64,000 nt of DNA from Perkinsus chesapeaki ATCC PRA-425. Its lineage: Eukaryota > Protista > Perkinsozoa. How positions within the stretch are numbered: position 1 is the first letter of the stretch; the number at the start of each line of letters is the position of its first letter. Made by a program: the position numbers and the translations under genes. Shown one piece after another: positions 47,491 to 61,799 of the stretch. The stretch lies in contig JAAPAO010000122.1 of assembly GCA_013115145.1 (NCBI GenBank), positions 1-64,000 of the forward strand. Direction: 5' to 3'. The notes under the pieces were generated by a model. It saw only the letters and a program-made list of their open reading frames with translations. It searched no databases and had not been told where the DNA came from.

Positions 47491-48109
47491 ATGCCAGCTA
47501 ACGTTATCTTCAATCGCGCTATAACTAACACTCAAAGCAAGGTGGTTTACATGGATATCAGATTATGAGCATCGCAGCACTGGCAATTAGCTGCATCCAC
47601 AGTATCAGTACGACTTATCGAGGGAAGTGCAAGTTAAAGCATTCGTAGTGGGAGATGTCACAAATGCCACTGTCGTCTGAGTACGTAGAAAGATTACCAT
47701 TGCGAAACGAGTCGATATAGTTCGTTTATTTCAAGAGAGCCGGTGATAATCTCGAGCTGAAAAATACCACGAAAATGAAGCAGAGTGGTTGAGACTGCCC
47801 AAGTCATAAGGGTATTGTCTCATTCAAATACAGATCATCAGCCAGAGAACAGATATAAGCAACAGACAAATAACGAATGTGGCACAACTGTCGAATAACA
47901 ACAAGTCGAATAACAATAAAAATATGTTCGCATGCAGGATATGTTCGACGAAAGAGACCGATGAATATCGACTTGGAGAACATCAGATTAGCTTTGACCA
48001 TAGCATAGAAGTGAGTAGCAACCTAGATAATCATAGTAGCAGTAGTGAGTTCTTCGCATACCAGAGCTTGGCAACTGAGCTGTTCGACCAGGACGGAAAG
48101 ACTATTTAA
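47491..48109 (+). CDS. Small protein with one C2H2 (C-x2-C-x12-H-x5-H) zinc finger; tentative exons 47491-47541, 47834-48011, ~48065-48109
   Basis: FACRICSTKETDEYRLGEHQISFDH is followed by a GTGAGT donor. Phase-0 joins are possible on both sides. Confidence 0.35.
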
Positions 48110-48599
48110 ACCTCATTGGCTCGCTCTTACAATATGATGGCGACTTTTATATTTCATAATTAGTAAAAGCATTGGCAGAGGACCGAATTAGGGCGAGCAG
48201 TTGTGATACCGCGGTATGATCGAAGTTCGATTAGGGCAAATGCATCGTCTCCGCCGCTGCTACTCCGTAGAGAGGAATATGATAATGGTGACATGCCGAG
48301 CGGTTCTCTGCGTTCATCTTAATTTCTTGGACTAATGCATATGTTACTACTGAGGCGTCATTCGAGGTTGATCGACTTTGCGATACCTGATGCGGTCGTT
48401 CCCATCCGAAATGCCCCACAAGTAGTGACAAGTAACACATATATGTGGTCTGATGACTATAACTAGTGTAGTTTCATAGTAATGAGATCAAGACATTAGA
48501 GCATCCACAAAAATATATCGATTGAGTAATAGGAAAGTCGACTCATAGAGGTCGAAACAAAATAGAGGGTTAATACTGTCGTTACCTCAGCAAAATAAT

Positions 48600-51510
48600 T
48601 ATCAATCACTACTCAATCCAAGGATGCGAGTGACAGCTGGTGGAGTAACCCGCTCGTCAGGCTCGATGAACAATACTTCGGGGCTGAAGGTCACTAAGGC
48701 GAGGAATGGTGCGAACGGGCTAACTGGTGAGGGTCTCACCCGTGGCCTTTCGCTGGATACTTGGTCGAGCGGTCTGGACGTGCGCAGGGGTAAATATAGA
48801 TTTAAGAGAGGATCGACTCCTCAAGCTGGGAGTACCAGCAGTTGTGCCTAACATAGCATATGAGACATCCGGAAGATCTTTGAAGCCGTTATACTAGACT
48901 CGAAGTCAGAGCTATCAGCCATCTTAGTGAAGCTCTGTAGTAAACCCATAACAGGCAGCCGAGGTTTAGCCAATGTGGCCGAATACGCAGCACAGCATGA
49001 TGTCACCACAGCCTCTACCTGTAAAAACAAGCTGAACTGTATAAACAAGTAGCAGCAAGAACTGACGTCACAGACGGTAAACTGAGATGCAGAGGTTCTT
49101 TGAGCCAACAGGCCTGTACCGGAGCCGATTCTCTGCACACATGCAGCTACTTCTTTATAAAGCGGTCTGAACAGGATGTGAAGTAGCCACAAGATGATCA
49201 ACCGACCTCAAGATATGTATATCCTTCGAAGAAGAGGTCACCAACATATGCGGCAGAACCTTGCCGTAGAAGCTCTCGTATCGAGGGTAAACCTCCACGT
49301 CTCCCTGGGAAATGCAAATCACAACGGTATCCTGCGGCTCCCACCTGTTCAGAGTGACTAGCGAATCGTAGCTCGGAATCGATGTAGCGGTAACTGCAGG
49401 GAGACTGGGACTTGCCATCGGGGAGCTTACGCTAATTCAGCCCGTCTTCGCGGGCTGTCTTTTCGATTGTCACAGTCTAGAGCAGCGAGAACTTGCAGCA
49501 CTAGCTTGGAAGTGCGCGGAAGTCCTAACGCATAAATAAAAGTCCAGAGCCAGTAGTACGAGCGAGGAAGAGCCTACCCATATAGTAACGAGATTCTAAT
49601 ACTTCCCTAGCGGCCTCACCGCACGCTAGTGCTTCGTCCTTCAACCTATCATTGCTCGTCGTATCGGTACCGTGCCCGCGTGGTAAAGGCTGTAGAGGTT
49701 CGATTGACGTCTAGGAGTGAGAGGAACGATACAGCGCGACTGGCCTAGGCTAACGCATCCCACCAGTCGATCATCTTCACAGCACTGTCCTAGTAGCCAC
49801 GGGTGACGACGGGCCTGTTCGGCTGTCATGCGTTTGCTCGGGTCAGCATTGAGGAGACTCAGAATGAAAGAGGCGAATACGGGGCAATAGCATGCGGATG
49901 CACTGGTAGTCTCGGCGATGCCGCACCTGGAAAAACAAAGCGCAATAACTCCAACCGTAAGCAGGCAACTCACTCATTGTTACAACCATCACCATTCGAG
50001 CTTCGACTGTTGGCTGGAATATCTCCCGGACAGGTGAGAATTGTCGGATCGGCCTTCAGCAAGAGTTCGAGGGTTCTGCCGTTCATTTCATACGACTTGT
50101 GTGATTCTGTTGAACCCTTCTTTTGTGATAGAATCTTAAAGCAGCTCTTCACGCAAGAATAATAGAAGAGCGACAACCCACATTGTGTACGTTGCGGTGA
50201 CGAGGACCGGTCGTCATCAATAATGCTATTATACCAGCACTCCACATGTCGGACGCGCAGCCTGCATCACCACGGAACACCTCAGGTGCAACATAGGGGT
50301 ATCTGCCAAGGGGAAATGCATAAGCCAAGCCTGACCCGCGAAGCTTACGTCCCACAAACTCGGCTCCGGAGCTCGCCATGCGAACGCGTGGCAAAGCCGA
50401 AGTCGATGAGTTTGAGGCAATTGTTGGAATCGATAATAAAATGCTCAAGCTTGACATCTCTATGCATTATATTCATACGGTGCCTGGGGAAACAATAAAG
50501 GGCAACGGCATGGGATATTACAAGTAAGCGAGTGCGTCGATGACCTGAGTTAGAACGATACGGGCCTCGCTACGCTTGAGTGAACCTGATGACACGGACC
50601 ATCTCTAACAACGATATGATGACTAGCATACGGCGACGTGCGGCTAGCCACTCGCAAAGATCCTTCCCTTGAATGTACTCCATAACCAGCCAGAGCTTCG
50701 AGCCAGTCTCATAAACAGCATGCAGCTTACAAACCGATGGATGGTCAGTTGATAGGAGAACTGATGCCTCATGGGCGGCGAGATTCAGGACGCCTGAGGT
50801 GGAAAACAGTGGCGAGGGACGCCCCAGTGAATCACCTTTGTCGGCCAGACGGCGCTTATCAAGCTGCTTGATGGCGTATTTCAAGCCGGAAGTGCGGTGA
50901 TAGCCGATCACGACCGAGCCAGAGAATCTAGCCAATATGGAGCTATGAGCAGGGATACTGGCAAAGATCCCCACCCGCTGCCAATGGCACTTTCCAACCT
51001 ATAGTCCTGACTGATATGACGATGGATGATCTTGCTACTAATAACCTAAGAATTGAGAATGCAAAATCGGTCTACAGAAAATAGTGCTCTACGGCGGCGA
51101 GAATGAGACAACGATACCAACGGTCATTCTGACCATAAGGAAGCTCGCGGCCGCCCTGAGACCCGTCGGCTACCTTATCTTCAGGGTTAGGGCACTTTAC
51201 TATATACCGAGCTCCACCGCTGCTACTGCTGGCACCCATGGGCATTCGGGGCCGAGACTCATGGCTTCGACCAGACCTCGCAGAGGTAGTCGTAGTAGTC
51301 CCGGCCGAGGTTCCAATAGAGCCATAGTGCTTCTTGGGACGGCTTTGACGACGGGACACTGGTGCTGGCTGAAATAGCGACCAACGTAGCTGACCATGAG
51401 ACTGCCACCGATCTTACCGGCTGGCCAGGCCTGTTCTTCTGTACGGTAGGTTTCCGTATGCAACCAAGTACTCCGCAGCTTGTGATGGCATCAATGAGTG
51501 CTTCAAACAT
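48600..51510 (-). CDS. Ser/Thr protein kinase, CAMK/CDPK-like, multi-exon; 3' end approximate
   Basis: IGSG|FSGSV, YAIKQLDK, LWLVMEY, MHRDVKLEH, LIDFGFA, YVAPEVF, DMWSAG and DPSKRMTAEQARRHPWL. No clear EF hands seen. Confidence 0.85.
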
Positions 51511-51899
51511 TCTAATGTTGCGGGTTTTTACGAACAAAAATATTTCCTATTGGGAAACACAAAAGCCGTCCCAGCCAACCAGCCAACACAACTTAATCTA
51601 TTAATCATTTCTAAATATAGCTTTATCATGCACTCCCCCTACTTTTATACCTACCAAGGTCCCCTCCCCCGCTGCCACAAATATGCCTTACGGTGTATTC
51701 TGCTGCTGCTGCTCTTGAGTTGCTTCACTTATCGTTGATAGTTGATTTCTAAGTTCTGCATTAGCCTTTGAATTCACTCGTGGAGTGAACTTAGGCGCTA
51801 CGCCAGTAATTCTTTGCTCCATCATCTGCCAGGAGGATTACTGCTCACGAGCCAGGCCACCAGGGCCCACCTGGGATTTGAGCCTCTGCTTTGCTGCAT

Positions 51900-54800
51900 T
51901 TTGAACATCAGACATCAACCCGCCGTGATGGTGGTGGTTAGAGCTGCTGCCCCCAAGGCTGGTGGGTCTGGTACCACTCGCCGAGGTAGAATGCCGACCA
52001 GATCGGCTCGAACCTGCGAGAACGGAAGTCCGCGGAGACCCGAATGCAGCCTCCTACCAACGAGTGTCCGACGGTGAGAGTGATAGACAGGCAACACCCC
52101 TCCGGAGCCAATAACAGGCGGCACCTAAGAACTTGGGTATATGATAGCCAGCCACTGCCCGACACCAAAGCTACCCGTTGTCGGCCAAACTGGCTGGGAG
52201 CTGCTGCTGCTGCTGCTCCGTGAGTGCTCCATCGGGGATTCGAAGATCCTCCGCTGCTAGTCGATGAAGCCAGGCCATCACCCTCGTCACTACCCACTAC
52301 CATATTAGCCCTGCCGTGCTCGAACAGCCGCGGAGACTCTTGGCCAAGTACAGTGGCCGGCCTGAGCTCGATGACACTGCACCACACTGATTACGATCTT
52401 AGCAAACTCACTTCTTTAGCGCTGCGGTTCCACGAGAGACCGAGAGGGATAAGGGAGGTATGTCCGGTCGAGAGGATCCAGTCGATGATACACTGCTTTG
52501 ACCTGAGCAGTGACGAACACGTGCACTGCGAAGGAACTTAGTAATTCACAGCCAGACAGCTGCTTGTGAGAAGCCCGAACAACAACCACTACCGCTCTAG
52601 CGAGTCACCGAAACCTGACCCGCCTGGCAGGAGGTCGGGCATATACTGAACCTAACGAGCCCACTGTGGCTCGAGTGATCCCTGACCGCGCGCCACTAAA
52701 TTACTGGTTCGCTTCCTCGGCACTCCGGTTGGCCCGAGAGGCGGTCGTCCTCTATCACTAATTGCCGAACCAGCTGACTCGATGCTGCTCCGACGACCAC
52801 CCACGGAGGAGGCGAATGATGAAACTGGCGAGACTAACAAAGACCATTTCGAAGCGACAGAGGTAAATGCCGGCACATCGCCCAGAAGCAAACTCCTCAT
52901 CTTCGCTGTCAGGCAGGATGCTCTCCTCCAACTGAGGATTCTTCCGTTTAAGTATCTCAAGGGAAGCTAATAAACAAACCACACCTGTGAAGAATCACTT
53001 ACCCGCGCCACCGAGTTCGTCATGCTTTTCCTGGACTCCAACCGTCTTCGCAATCTCTCCGCCTCACGAGACTCCGAACCGTGCCTGAGACCATGGCCGG
53101 CTTCCCAGGCGATTAGAGCTCCGGTTTACTTACCGAGATACGTTCCGCTTGTTAGCTCCACTGTTGCTGCTAACAGGTGGGGGACGGAAGTCTTGCGCGC
53201 CCGACACTGAGTAAGCACGCTAAGCAGCAGCAGCTCCCGCGGGAATGAGTCACTACTAGCTCTCAGGCTTGGGCGCCCAGTTGGAGGCTTCGACGCTGTG
53301 CTACCGACACTAGACCGAGGAGAGGAAACGCTGAAAGGATACGAACTACTGTCCACTCAGAGGAACCCCGCCTGTGAGCGCATTAGAAGAGAACCGGCCA
53401 TTTCGGCCCCGAGAGGATGGAAGGATGTGAAACTCAAGAGGTGAGTATTGGTACCTTGACTTAGCTGTATAGAACGTATCTCCACTGGAGGATTCAGTTG
53501 GGCTTTCTCTGAGCTTAGCTGAAGGGAAAACAAGAGCTTATCAACAAGTAGTATCCTACAGTTGCGCAGAAAAGGGGACAACGCACACAATCGGGCGAGC
53601 GCAGCTGGTAGCAGACTCACCCATCGAGACAATACTCCTCATCGACCTCTTCCGCGATACTCGTGAGCGTCGCTCTAATACACAGGTATCCTCAGCACTC
53701 GGTGCGGCGACCTTACCACCCCTGGATGACTTCACAGAGCGTGTGCTATGCGCCGATGAAACCGACAGCGTGGATTGATCTAGCTCGGACATGCTGCTGC
53801 CATCCAGGGACTCACTTTGTATCACAATCTGCCGGAACAGCATTTCGGGACGCGAGGACAGCAAATGAGAGCCCCACCGATCGAGGCCTCTCCCGGAAGA
53901 CCCCTCGGATCTGGTGCACTGGATGAAGCTCCATGTCGCTGTCCGTGCTGGGTCGAGGAAGTAGGACATCAACAGGGACAGCGGCATCGGCAACCTCCGT
54001 AGCCGAGACCAGCGACAGGGGAGGTATGGCTGGTGGGCTCGGCAGAGGGTCCGAAACCTGATCCAGTTGCCATCGACCGAGCTCGAGGAGGCCTTCAACT
54101 CACCGTGAACGTGCTGACTATCGGCGTGTCTGTAGGCTCACCCTCCTCACTAGGTGGACTCGGCGGCGGACTGTTCAAGTGCGAGAAGCTCGGGAAGCCT
54201 GGAGTCTGACCAGGGCCACCTAGTGGCACCGAATCGGCCATGGCAGTCTGAGACGACAGCAGCTGAAACCCTCCTTCCTAACGCACACACGTGACCTACT
54301 GGCGTCCTCTCTGGCTCACTAAGCGGCACGTTGCTGTTAACATTCTCCTTTTCCCTATTGAATATAGGAGGCCGACCAATACCAGGATTGAGCACCAAAG
54401 ACTAACACATAAGCGTCCAATGCCTTGCGCTTCAGTACATTCTCACCTTGGCTGCTATGCTGTCAGATACAACGGTACTCGGTGTCGACGGCGGCATCGG
54501 CGGTGTAACGCAGACTGGGCTGGACAGATTGCCCCGCTCCACGGAAGCCTCGACGCCTGCCGGTACCGGGTACTGCTCACTGAACTGTTCACGTAGCTTT
54601 AACTTCTGAATCTGATATAAAAGCCAGCCCTGGCAACCGGACGAGAATGTGTGCTTACATCTTGTTCGACCTTCGCTATCAGTTTCAGCATGTCGTGGCA
54701 GACCTCGAAAAGATCCTTGGACTCCGGTCCGCGCTCCTTTGGTGGGGGCCAAACAGAATCGTAATCGACAAAGGTCATACAAAGGTTACGGTAGCTGATA

Positions 54801-57800
54801 GAGGAAAGAGAGACTTCTTATACTTAAGAGCATCCTGATAATTGGTCAAGACGCATCATTAATTCTATACTATAAAGACCTATCCGGATGATACACTGTG
54901 GGAACCGTTTACCGTGACACCGATATCGTCATACGATAATTACTAGTCTGGATAGAATCATCTTACGGAGTTATATGCGGCCCAGCACCAATTGACTGAT
55001 GAAGACTGATGTCTTTGAGATCGCTGTCTTGATAAGATTGCTGTCCCTCTCACCTCGCATATACGTTAAGTCCATAGTCAAACAGCCATTGGCTTGCTGC
55101 GATCTTCTCCCGGTAAAAGTGAGCGAGATGCGTGTGGAAGGTATCCAGCGGTTCACTATCATCCTTCTGGAACCAAAGTCTCATCCCATTGCGGGACGGG
55201 TGAGACTACCTCCTCCCAGTCTTGACCAGGCGGCTGCGCCATGACCGATGTAAGCCTGCGCTTCTTCTCCCGCTCCCTCTCCCTTTCCAAGGCGTGTTCG
55301 ATGTCATGGAAGGAGTCGGTCAGCTCGTGGACATCATCGACAGTTCGGTATGCCCTGTCCAGGTGTTCAGCAAACCCATAGGCGCCTTCCGGTGCCCACC
55401 TCAACTCAGCAGCTCGCTCGATACATCGCGTCACCACTCGGTCTAGCAGTGCCTTCACGTCATCCTCGGACATCAGCGCAATCACACAATGGAGACAACT
55501 TATCTGAAAACTATAATACCGTAACCGTTGCTGCTGAACGCCGCCTCCTCACCCGAGGATTCTCGGTACACTTGAGCTCATAGAACTTGCTGAACGCTCC
55601 AAGCTGGAACATTTCAATCTGCTCGACGATCAACACGGACCTAGATGAAGACAGAGACCCACCTGCCTTCCACCTGGATTAAGAGCATTAGCGAATTTAA
55701 CACAGACTTGCAGGACCAAGGCGAACTTGTCGAGCTGAGGGAAAGCGTAAGTGATATGAGCCGGTGTGGATGTGAGCTCACCAGCTCATACATGACCTCG
55801 AGAGCTCGATACATGGTAGTTAGGTTAACTTCAATGGCACGGAATTCTTCCTCAAAGCCGCTCAAGAAAATCATAAGCTGCAGTCGATGACGGACGTCAG
55901 GGATTTTTCGCAAGTAATACCTAACGGTCACATCTCACCAACAACAACTCGGGCATGGCGACGTACACAAAAAGATCAACTTCGTCCCGGCACGCGCCCG
56001 GAGGATCGTGGTCAACGGCGTCAATTACCGCCTGGGTCACATCGGGCGGGAGCTGCACCGATAGCTGTTTGGGACACGGACAAATACAGCCTTACATCGC
56101 GGAGTAAGCTCTCTACTGGGCCAAGCTGATCTGCCTGCCATACCGACTCGTCACATCTCAGCAAGAGATTGCGGTAACTAGGATGCAGCATTGGTTGCCT
56201 TCTGAGAGCAGATCCGTATAGTACTGTTCGCTGCGGCTCTTAATCTTAACGCCGCTAGGCGGTGGCTCCATTTGCATAAAGACCTTCTGGGCTACAATAC
56301 CAACTAACCGATGCTCCTTGGTGCCAAATACAGTCAGTGGCTTGCTCGGTGTGCCCAACGGATCTAAGCGCAGATACTTCGAAGCAAGGCTTCCACGCAC
56401 GCGCCTCCCGTGGGGAGGATGCTGTCCTAGCGTATTGCCATCGAGATTTCAAGGCTTACTCTCGAGCTCCTTTCCGGTAGCAGGGCCCTTTTGGTTGAGG
56501 TCCCGCATAACCTCCTTCTTTTTGAACAGCTTCATCAAAAACTTTGAATCCACCTGAGACAGTTCGCCTACTAGACATGCCATCGTGAGTTTCTGTCGTA
56601 CCCGTTTCCATATCTTGTCGGCTCCCACTTGGCGAGATATAACACAGTCCGAGGGCATCACTGGTAACAGGGACTTAGTGCCTGAATCCGACCAACCTTC
56701 ACAGAGGTGTCTCCACAAAATTGCTAATATCTGATGGATTCCTCCACGAGGAATCATACTAAAGGGAACTCAAAGGTGACGGTAGAAAAGGGCATACTAC
56801 TGGACAAGTGAGCCCCTTGTCAAACCTAACCGCTCACAGACGGATTAAAGTAGTCGAAGCTGCGAAGCCGCCGTCAGAGGATGCCCCCAGGAGGCACGGT
56901 ATCGCCTCTCGCTCATAATCCCCGCTGTGCATCCCGCAGAGTCCATTACTAAGTACCCCGCCTTACTCTGTGATCCACTCATTCCCGGTGTTCTCTCAGC
57001 ACAGCTAACGCCTAATGCTGGAACGCTACAGTTCTTGGACATCGACGGCGGCGGCGGCGGGCCAGACATGACCAAGCTGTGCTGCGGGCCGCCATCAGAG
57101 CACACGGAGATATCGCCATGAGCTGGAAGCACTGAACACACAGAGCTCAACTACTTGTACGTATCGAGCATCGTTATACCAATCCCGCTGGTATCAGCAT
57201 CAGAGGCACAGCTTCTTGGTGTGCCACATTCGGAGGGAGTCAAGTCTCGAGGCCGACTGCCGTATCTTGACAGGATACTAATACTCGAATACTAACAACT
57301 GCGAAGATGAGGAGTGACAGTTCCCCAACAAGCTGAGTGGGAGCGATGCTGCTGCTGCCGGCATTCGGTATCACTTTGTGAAGTATTGCAGTAAAGGCTC
57401 GTCATGTGCGTGCTCGAGCTGAGCTGCTTGAATAACTGAGCTGTCGCAGCTCATAGGTGTATCTGTACCGGAGTCAGTGCTGCCAGCTCCTCCTCTAGGC
57501 GTGGAGACGCTGCCTGAACAAAAGTCAACATACACAGTGAGATTCTCCACTATCTCTTCAGATGTGATAGATGTATTATTACTAACCCCCCCGGCAAAAT
57601 GACACCACATTTGATCGTTTATTTACAAACGTTCACATGATGGCTCTCGTCTACCATACGTAGGCATACAGTTTGATAGATGTTACTAAATTATTGGAAT
57701 ACATCGCCAAATGTGGCGCGCAGGTAACTTGCACGCACGCGACCGATTCGGAGAGCTATGGCGGCGGGGGTCGCCATCAGCGCATAGATTGTTCCCACGA

Positions 57801-59640
57801 CAGAGAGTCTGCACCGCGCAATTTTCGTCACCCACTACACGCGCCCCCATGGGCTGTTGATAACCAGGCATTTCACTTGGAAGGCAACGATTTAGGAAAC
57901 GAATTTAGGGCGGCGACGCAGACACTCAGATCGCACCGCTCAGGATCTGCTGAATCGCCCAACCCCCGGGACTGACTATCAACCAAGCACGAGCCATTTG
58001 ACCAACGACAGGATTCCCTAGGTAAAAAATATCCACAAGAAATCCAAGCGAGTCTGTAAGGTCTGCACAGTGCTTCCCAAGGCTGTGATTCCTAATCTGC
58101 TCTCCACGCCCCCAAAACTCCACAATGCAAGCTCAGTACGCCGGCTCGCGACAGGAAGGCTACTAAGCGGCCGATATCCGTAAACTTCACCATGCACCAG
58201 TGCAGCGGCGTGCAGGCTGCTCACATGCAGTAGCTCGCTTCCCTTTAGCCTTGTTGATGTCGACTCCTTTAATATGCAGTGATACATACGGGTTCGGTTG
58301 TCTCGCCTTCGGCAATGCCTTTGGCCCTCCAAGGTTAAGAGGTATCCGTGGAGGAGGTCCCTAATACACCGACATCACCGTGCATACCGTGTCTCGTTCT
58401 CACCTTCGGCCCCGGCAAAGGTGGTATCGCCTTCCCGCCAGGTAGCGGTGGAGGTGTCGCCTTACCAGCTGCCAAGTTCTAGGATCAATCCTACTAGCAC
58501 AACTCATCCCTACCACACCGCCTACCATGAACGTCGGCGGTGGGGATCCCTTTGCCGAAGTAGGAGACGACTTCGGTGGCGGACAAGTGAGGATCGGGGA
58601 TGTCTGAGGTACCACTTCCCTAACACCATCGAAACACACTCACCTTCGGCGGTGCCGGCGGCAGTCCCTTGGCAGATTTAGGCCCCACCGGCGCCTTCGC
58701 TGCAAGACCCAATTTGCCCAGCGGCAAGGGCGGTATCCCCTTCGGAGTCACCGGCGGCGATCCCTACAACCAACCGCAATCACCAAGCGTTTCCCGCATA
58801 CCGCCGCTACCTTGGCAGATGACGGCGGGGATGGCACCGGCGGTGGCGGAGACGATGCCTTGGCCGGTGGAGACGTGTTGACCCCTACAGACGAAGTATC
58901 AGGATGACGCAATGCGATGGGCGTTGGCGCTATGGCCCTGAGCTCCGCTGGTGGCGAGGGCATCCCCAAACAGCGACCTGGTGTGTCACCCAAACAATTA
59001 CCTGAAACCAACATAATAAACAACAATCCCTGCAACGGCGGCTATCCAACCCCCGGTGGTGGTACCGCTTACTGTATCTAGGCGAGTTTATAGTCTAAAC
59101 GGAGCCAGGAGCAGCAGCAGCAGCCTAGGATAGACTACATTTTCTATACGCTATTTCCGATTACACAGCTACTTCAATACCTGTACTGTGAGATTCGCCG
59201 AATAACAATGTTTCTAGCAACGACGGGTCTGTACACAGGTACTGAGCCGTAGTTTGGACATTAACAACCCTACCCCAGCCAACCTTCCCTATGGCGTAAA
59301 TAGCGCAACATCAATATGCCCATACCGCCGCTGCTTACTAGTGTTCAGCGCATCGCCTCCTCGCCTGTTCAATTTGGCTGGTGTCCGAGGCTTCCGTCGA
59401 GCTTCGTTAACCTAAAAAGATACTCCCCTTGTACCATCAATACATCCGGTCCCTACAAATCCTCTCAACGTCCGCAGCTCTTCGTTCTTATCCTTTAATT
59501 CATCTTTAATTGCTTCATTTTGCTGTCTTAGTGTGGCGAGCTCAGCCAGCATAGCAGCGAAAGTTGGAGTTCCCTCCGGAGTCCCAGCGGGCAGCGGTGG
59601 CGTCTGCGATGCCTCGATCGTCGGAGAACTCATTGCCAAT
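51900..59640 (-). CDS. Formin-homology protein (coiled coil, Pro-rich FH1, FH2 at ~56700-54590, long Ser/Arg-rich tail); limits approximate, may be two genes
   Basis: Pro-rich exons (PPPVPSPP, GIPPLPLG, TPPPLPGGKAIPPLPG, GPPPPPS) and FH2-like segments (KIW..VDSKFLMKLFKKK; YLRKIPDVRHRLQLMIFLSGFEEEF..IEVNL; SLMLLIQVGRW; IFEVCHDMLKLIAKVEQD). Confidence 0.72.
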
Positions 59641-60082
59641 AAACAAATAATAAATAGTGGTGATACTGAGCTGATTACGCACTACCAATAATATTTCTGG
59701 AATATCTTTCAAACCAGGATGCGCAGTTCTTATGAGGCAAATGACCTATCGCACTTCCTGCATTCATCGGTCAGTTATACAAGTGTCAACCACGGCTAAG
59801 TAAGGTAGGACTAGAAAATCTGCATTACCTATTCCAACCTTTCTACCAAATTACGGGGCCTGAAAAAATGTATCGAAGCAGATGCATTCTAGGGCAGAAG
59901 TGCTAACGGAGCTGCACCCACATACTTCGGCATCAACTGTATCAGGCGCCTTGAGATTGCAGAAACGGAATATCGACAACTCCAAACGTTTTGTAATACC
60001 CTTGATTATTGGCAGCGATACCATGCAGCAGCCCATTGCGGAACAAAGACAAAGGCTCCCAAAGGCTCAGGAAACATGTCTC

Positions 60083-61435
60083 CTACACGAGGGCCCCCGA
60101 CCCCTCTTTGCGGAGGACTACAAATCTTGGAACGCTCCTGAAGTCATCGACCACTTTAACCAGCTGCATTCTCAAGCTGCTGCTGCTGCTGTCCTTCTGT
60201 TTGATATAGCTGTCGACAACTTCGTGTTGCCCTGTTTCCGCATTCAGCTCCATCCATAGCAGCCCGCCGGGCTTTAGTACTTTCGATGATACATCTATCA
60301 CCTAAACGACAAACCAACTAAAATACAGAAAATCCGATACCGTATTATGCACAAGCCCAATGAAGGTTCGGAGGGTTACCAGTGTTACGAGTAGTTCTAG
60401 TAGGCCACGAGACTTGACGTCTCGGAAAGAGCCGAGAGTAGCCCATTCCAGTGTCTTTACCTGTTGAATGACGTCCATGCCATCGACTCCACCATCAAGA
60501 GCCAACAGATCTTCGTGATCTTTGACTGTACGGGAGAGGCTCTCCACAATGTTATGGGGAATATAGGGGGGATTGGATACAACCATGTCATAGGATTCCT
60601 CAGACAACTCTTGATCGGCAATAGCGCCGATCAGGAAGGACAGCCGACTTTCGACGCCGAACAGGTGTGCATTCTCTCGGGCCAATTCCATCGCTTGCTC
60701 CGAGACATCCACGAGGTCGACCCTGACACGCGGAAACCGCCTCGCCGCCGACCATAAGGAGTATTTTAACCTAGAATTCGTCTTTCATATCAGAGCCTGG
60801 CTTGATTTAGGATTCCTAACCCAAGCGATGCTCGGACACGAAAGGGTACGAAAATATATATGAAGATATGCAAGGACCTATCTTATTGAAGGACCCCCAG
60901 AAGTGGATCTCTAGAAGTCGTCGAGCTCACCTACAGCCTGCCCACTTGGTCGCCAGTGCTACCGCTATAACGCCGCTGCCGCTACACAGGTCGAGGACGT
61001 GCCTGCCTGCAACGGGCTGGCTCGAGTCGAGGATGTATTCCACCATCTCCTCTGTCTCTGGCCGAGGTATCAATGTTGGAGCTCTCACATTTAAGCCTTT
61101 CAAATGTAGGAAGTCAACATAACCTGACCACAATCAGATTGCCGCCGTATGAACCATCTGTGTTCCACAGATAACCGTCAACCGAGAGTGGCCAGGCCAG
61201 CAAGTAATAAAAGCAATTAATATTATCAGTGATATTAATATTAGATAATTACAGTAACATTTCCTCACCTACGAGGTACTGGTAAGGAGTCCAACGTAGA
61301 GCCCTGCTCCGTACTGCCTCTCGAAGCTGCCTTCTATCCTTGATACTCTCCCTCAGCCATCGCAAACACGCCCTCTCTTCCTCGATAATGTCCTATACGA
61401 ACAACGCTGATTTTTGCTTCGGCAGCTGCTGGCAT
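60083..61435 (-). CDS. hemK: HemK/PrmC-family release-factor glutamine methyltransferase, multi-exon; true start may lie further upstream
   Basis: RALRWTPYQYLVG, TLIPRPETEEMVE, VLDLCSGSG, DVSEQAMELAREN, VVSNPPYI, ALDGGVDGMD and VLKPGGLLWME. Confidence 0.9.
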
Positions 61436-61799
61436 ACAGCCCAGTCACAGCGCCCAGCCTCACCTCCCGCGGACCTTCAGTGTACCGATTTACAAAGAGG
61501 AATCGCTCGCCTGTGGAATATGGGAAGAGCCTTCCTCCAGCTGCTCTCCCACCAGGCCGACGGTAGCCCACCGACCACATCTGCATTCTTGAACCGCAAC
61601 ACCGTGGCATCTCCCAAATGAAGCTTTCGAAAAACGCTTCGCTCCGCCCAGTAATTGACGCCTCACAACACAAGCCAGTATGCTGTTGTGTACGTGGTAA
61701 ATGGAAGAATAAGGAACGTAATCTGACGTAGCGGGTAGCTCAGCAGCAGCCTTGCAGGCTTTGCTATATAAGATCCTGGAAATCGATCAAGCCGGCTGC

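Noticed and set aside
54570-54640. Apparent WW domain (GWLLYQ..EQYP) in the formin
   Set aside because: After splicing it reads as the helical end of FH2, and the second Trp and aromatic pair are missing.
61340-61400. Possible programmed frameshift at an AGG codon in hemK (..LRWL/EESIKD..)
   Set aside because: A continuous frame from the ATG at 61435 (MPAAAEAKISVV..AMAEESIKDRR) needs no shift. Perkinsus AGG frameshifting is known from mitochondrial, not nuclear, genes.
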